The notes under the pieces were generated by a model. The model made no database searches. It was not told the origin of the DNA and worked only from the letters and a program-made list of their open reading frames with translations. A stretch of 27,968 nucleotides of DNA from an uncultured Lentisphaerales bacterium (lineage in GTDB: Bacteria > Verrucomicrobiota > Lentisphaeria > JABSQK01 > UBA12247), in the NCBI GenBank assembly GCA_943788985.1, contig CALSSJ010000042.1:1-27968 (forward strand), written 5' to 3'. The position numbers were made by a program, and so were the translations under genes. Positions 27,184 to 27,968 of this stretch are shown in pieces; position 1 is the stretch's first letter; each line of letters starts with the position of its first letter.

Positions 27184-27968
27184 ATGGCAATTGAACGATT
27201 CCGGCTCCCTAAACTGTACGAGAACATGGACGAAGCCACTGTCGGACAGTGGCTTGTCAAAGAAGGCGACCAGATCGAAGTCGGCCAGCCGCTGGTGGAA
27301 TTGATTACCGATAAGACCGTACTCGAGTATGACTCGCCAGTCAGCGGCCCTGTCCGCAAAATTCTGGCACCGCCCAAGAGTGTCGTGCCCATCGGCTACA
27401 TCCTGGCCCTGTTTGGGGACGGAACCCTGCCGAACGTGGCCGATGAGAACGAAGCCATGATCGCCGCTGTCTCTCAAGAGTTGCAGGCGGTCGAGGCCGT
27501 GGCTGTCGCCAAGCCCGCCGCCAAGCCCCGCGCTCGAGTAGCCCCCGCCGCCAAGGCGCTGGTCAAGAAGCACGGGCTATCCATAGACCAGCTCGTCGCT
27601 GCGTTTCCCAGCCAAGTCATTCATAAGCGCGATGTCGAAGAGTATCTAGAATCGCGCGAGAGTGAGGACGAAGATACGCCTACCACCGAAACTGCGGCAA
27701 TGCCTGAAACGCTTTCCCCCGATGCCCAGCACATCGCGCTCATCACTGGTGCCACAGGCGGCATCGGCCAGGCCATCGCCCATGCCTTTGCCCGCAAGGG
27801 CTGGTCGCTCGCCCTTCACTACCACAGCAATCAAGAAGCCGCCGAGGCGCTTGCCCGCCCCTTGCGCGAGGCAGGCTGTGAATGCATTACTTTCCAGGCA
27901 GATCTCACCGACTCCGCTGCCACACGAGGCCTCACCGACGCCGTGTTGGAGCGCTTCGAGCGCATTGA
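27184..27968 (+). CDS. Lipoyl domain + E3-binding domain + FabG-like SDR fusion protein (3' truncated by window)
   Basis: Single open frame from ATG 27184 to the window end, absent from the ORF track. W.VKEGD....GQPLVELITDKT (lipoyl Lys at 27313), APAAKALVKKHGLSID...IHKRDVEEYL, acidic linker, then IALITGATGGIGQAIA (TGxxxGIG at 27745-27768), LALHYHSN, QADLTD. Confidence 0.88.
   Translation, partial: MAIERFRLPKLYENMDEATVGQWLVKEGDQIEVGQPLVELITDKTVLEYDSPVSGPVRKILAPPKSVVPIGYILALFGDGTLPNVADENEAMIAAVSQELQAVEAVAVAKPAAKPRARVAPAAKALVKKHGLSIDQLVAAFPSQVIHKRDVEEYLESRESEDEDTPTTETAAMPETLSPDAQHIALITGATGGIGQAIAHAFARKGWSLALHYHSNQEAAEALARPLREAGCECITFQADLTDSAATRGLTDAVLERFERI

Overview
GC-rich bacterial chromosomal window, probably PVC superphylum and Lentisphaerae-like (inferred from protein architectures only). 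Left to right: a DUF6370-like lipoprotein with its terminator; a ~1.1 kb zone of decayed gene fragments; an AraC regulator divergent from a large GH106-like glycoside hydrolase; a tightly packed sorE-like / HldE-domain-II nucleotidyltransferase / 7Fe ferredoxin / USP / DUF502 run and a TPR-LysM lipoprotein; a DUF3147 gene; a CTAG-flanked 166-bp MITE; a DUF2339 + DUF3999-like pair behind a consensus sigma-54 promoter; an orphan ABC solute-binding lipoprotein; a 600-bp palindrome-rich gap with an orphan sigma-70-like promoter; a LOG / TIM-barrel / SufU operon; an intact Zn-ribbon Ser/Thr kinase facing a receiver-kinase pseudogene; and a final run of glutathione reductase, a small Zn-ribbon protein, a GAF-PP2C phosphatase and a gene truncated by the window edge. 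That last gene is missing from the ORF track and fuses a lipoyl domain and an E3-binding domain to a FabG-like short-chain reductase; it is the most unusual element seen. No rRNA, tRNA, CRISPR array or intact transposase was recognised. Family assignments come from motif recognition, not database searches.
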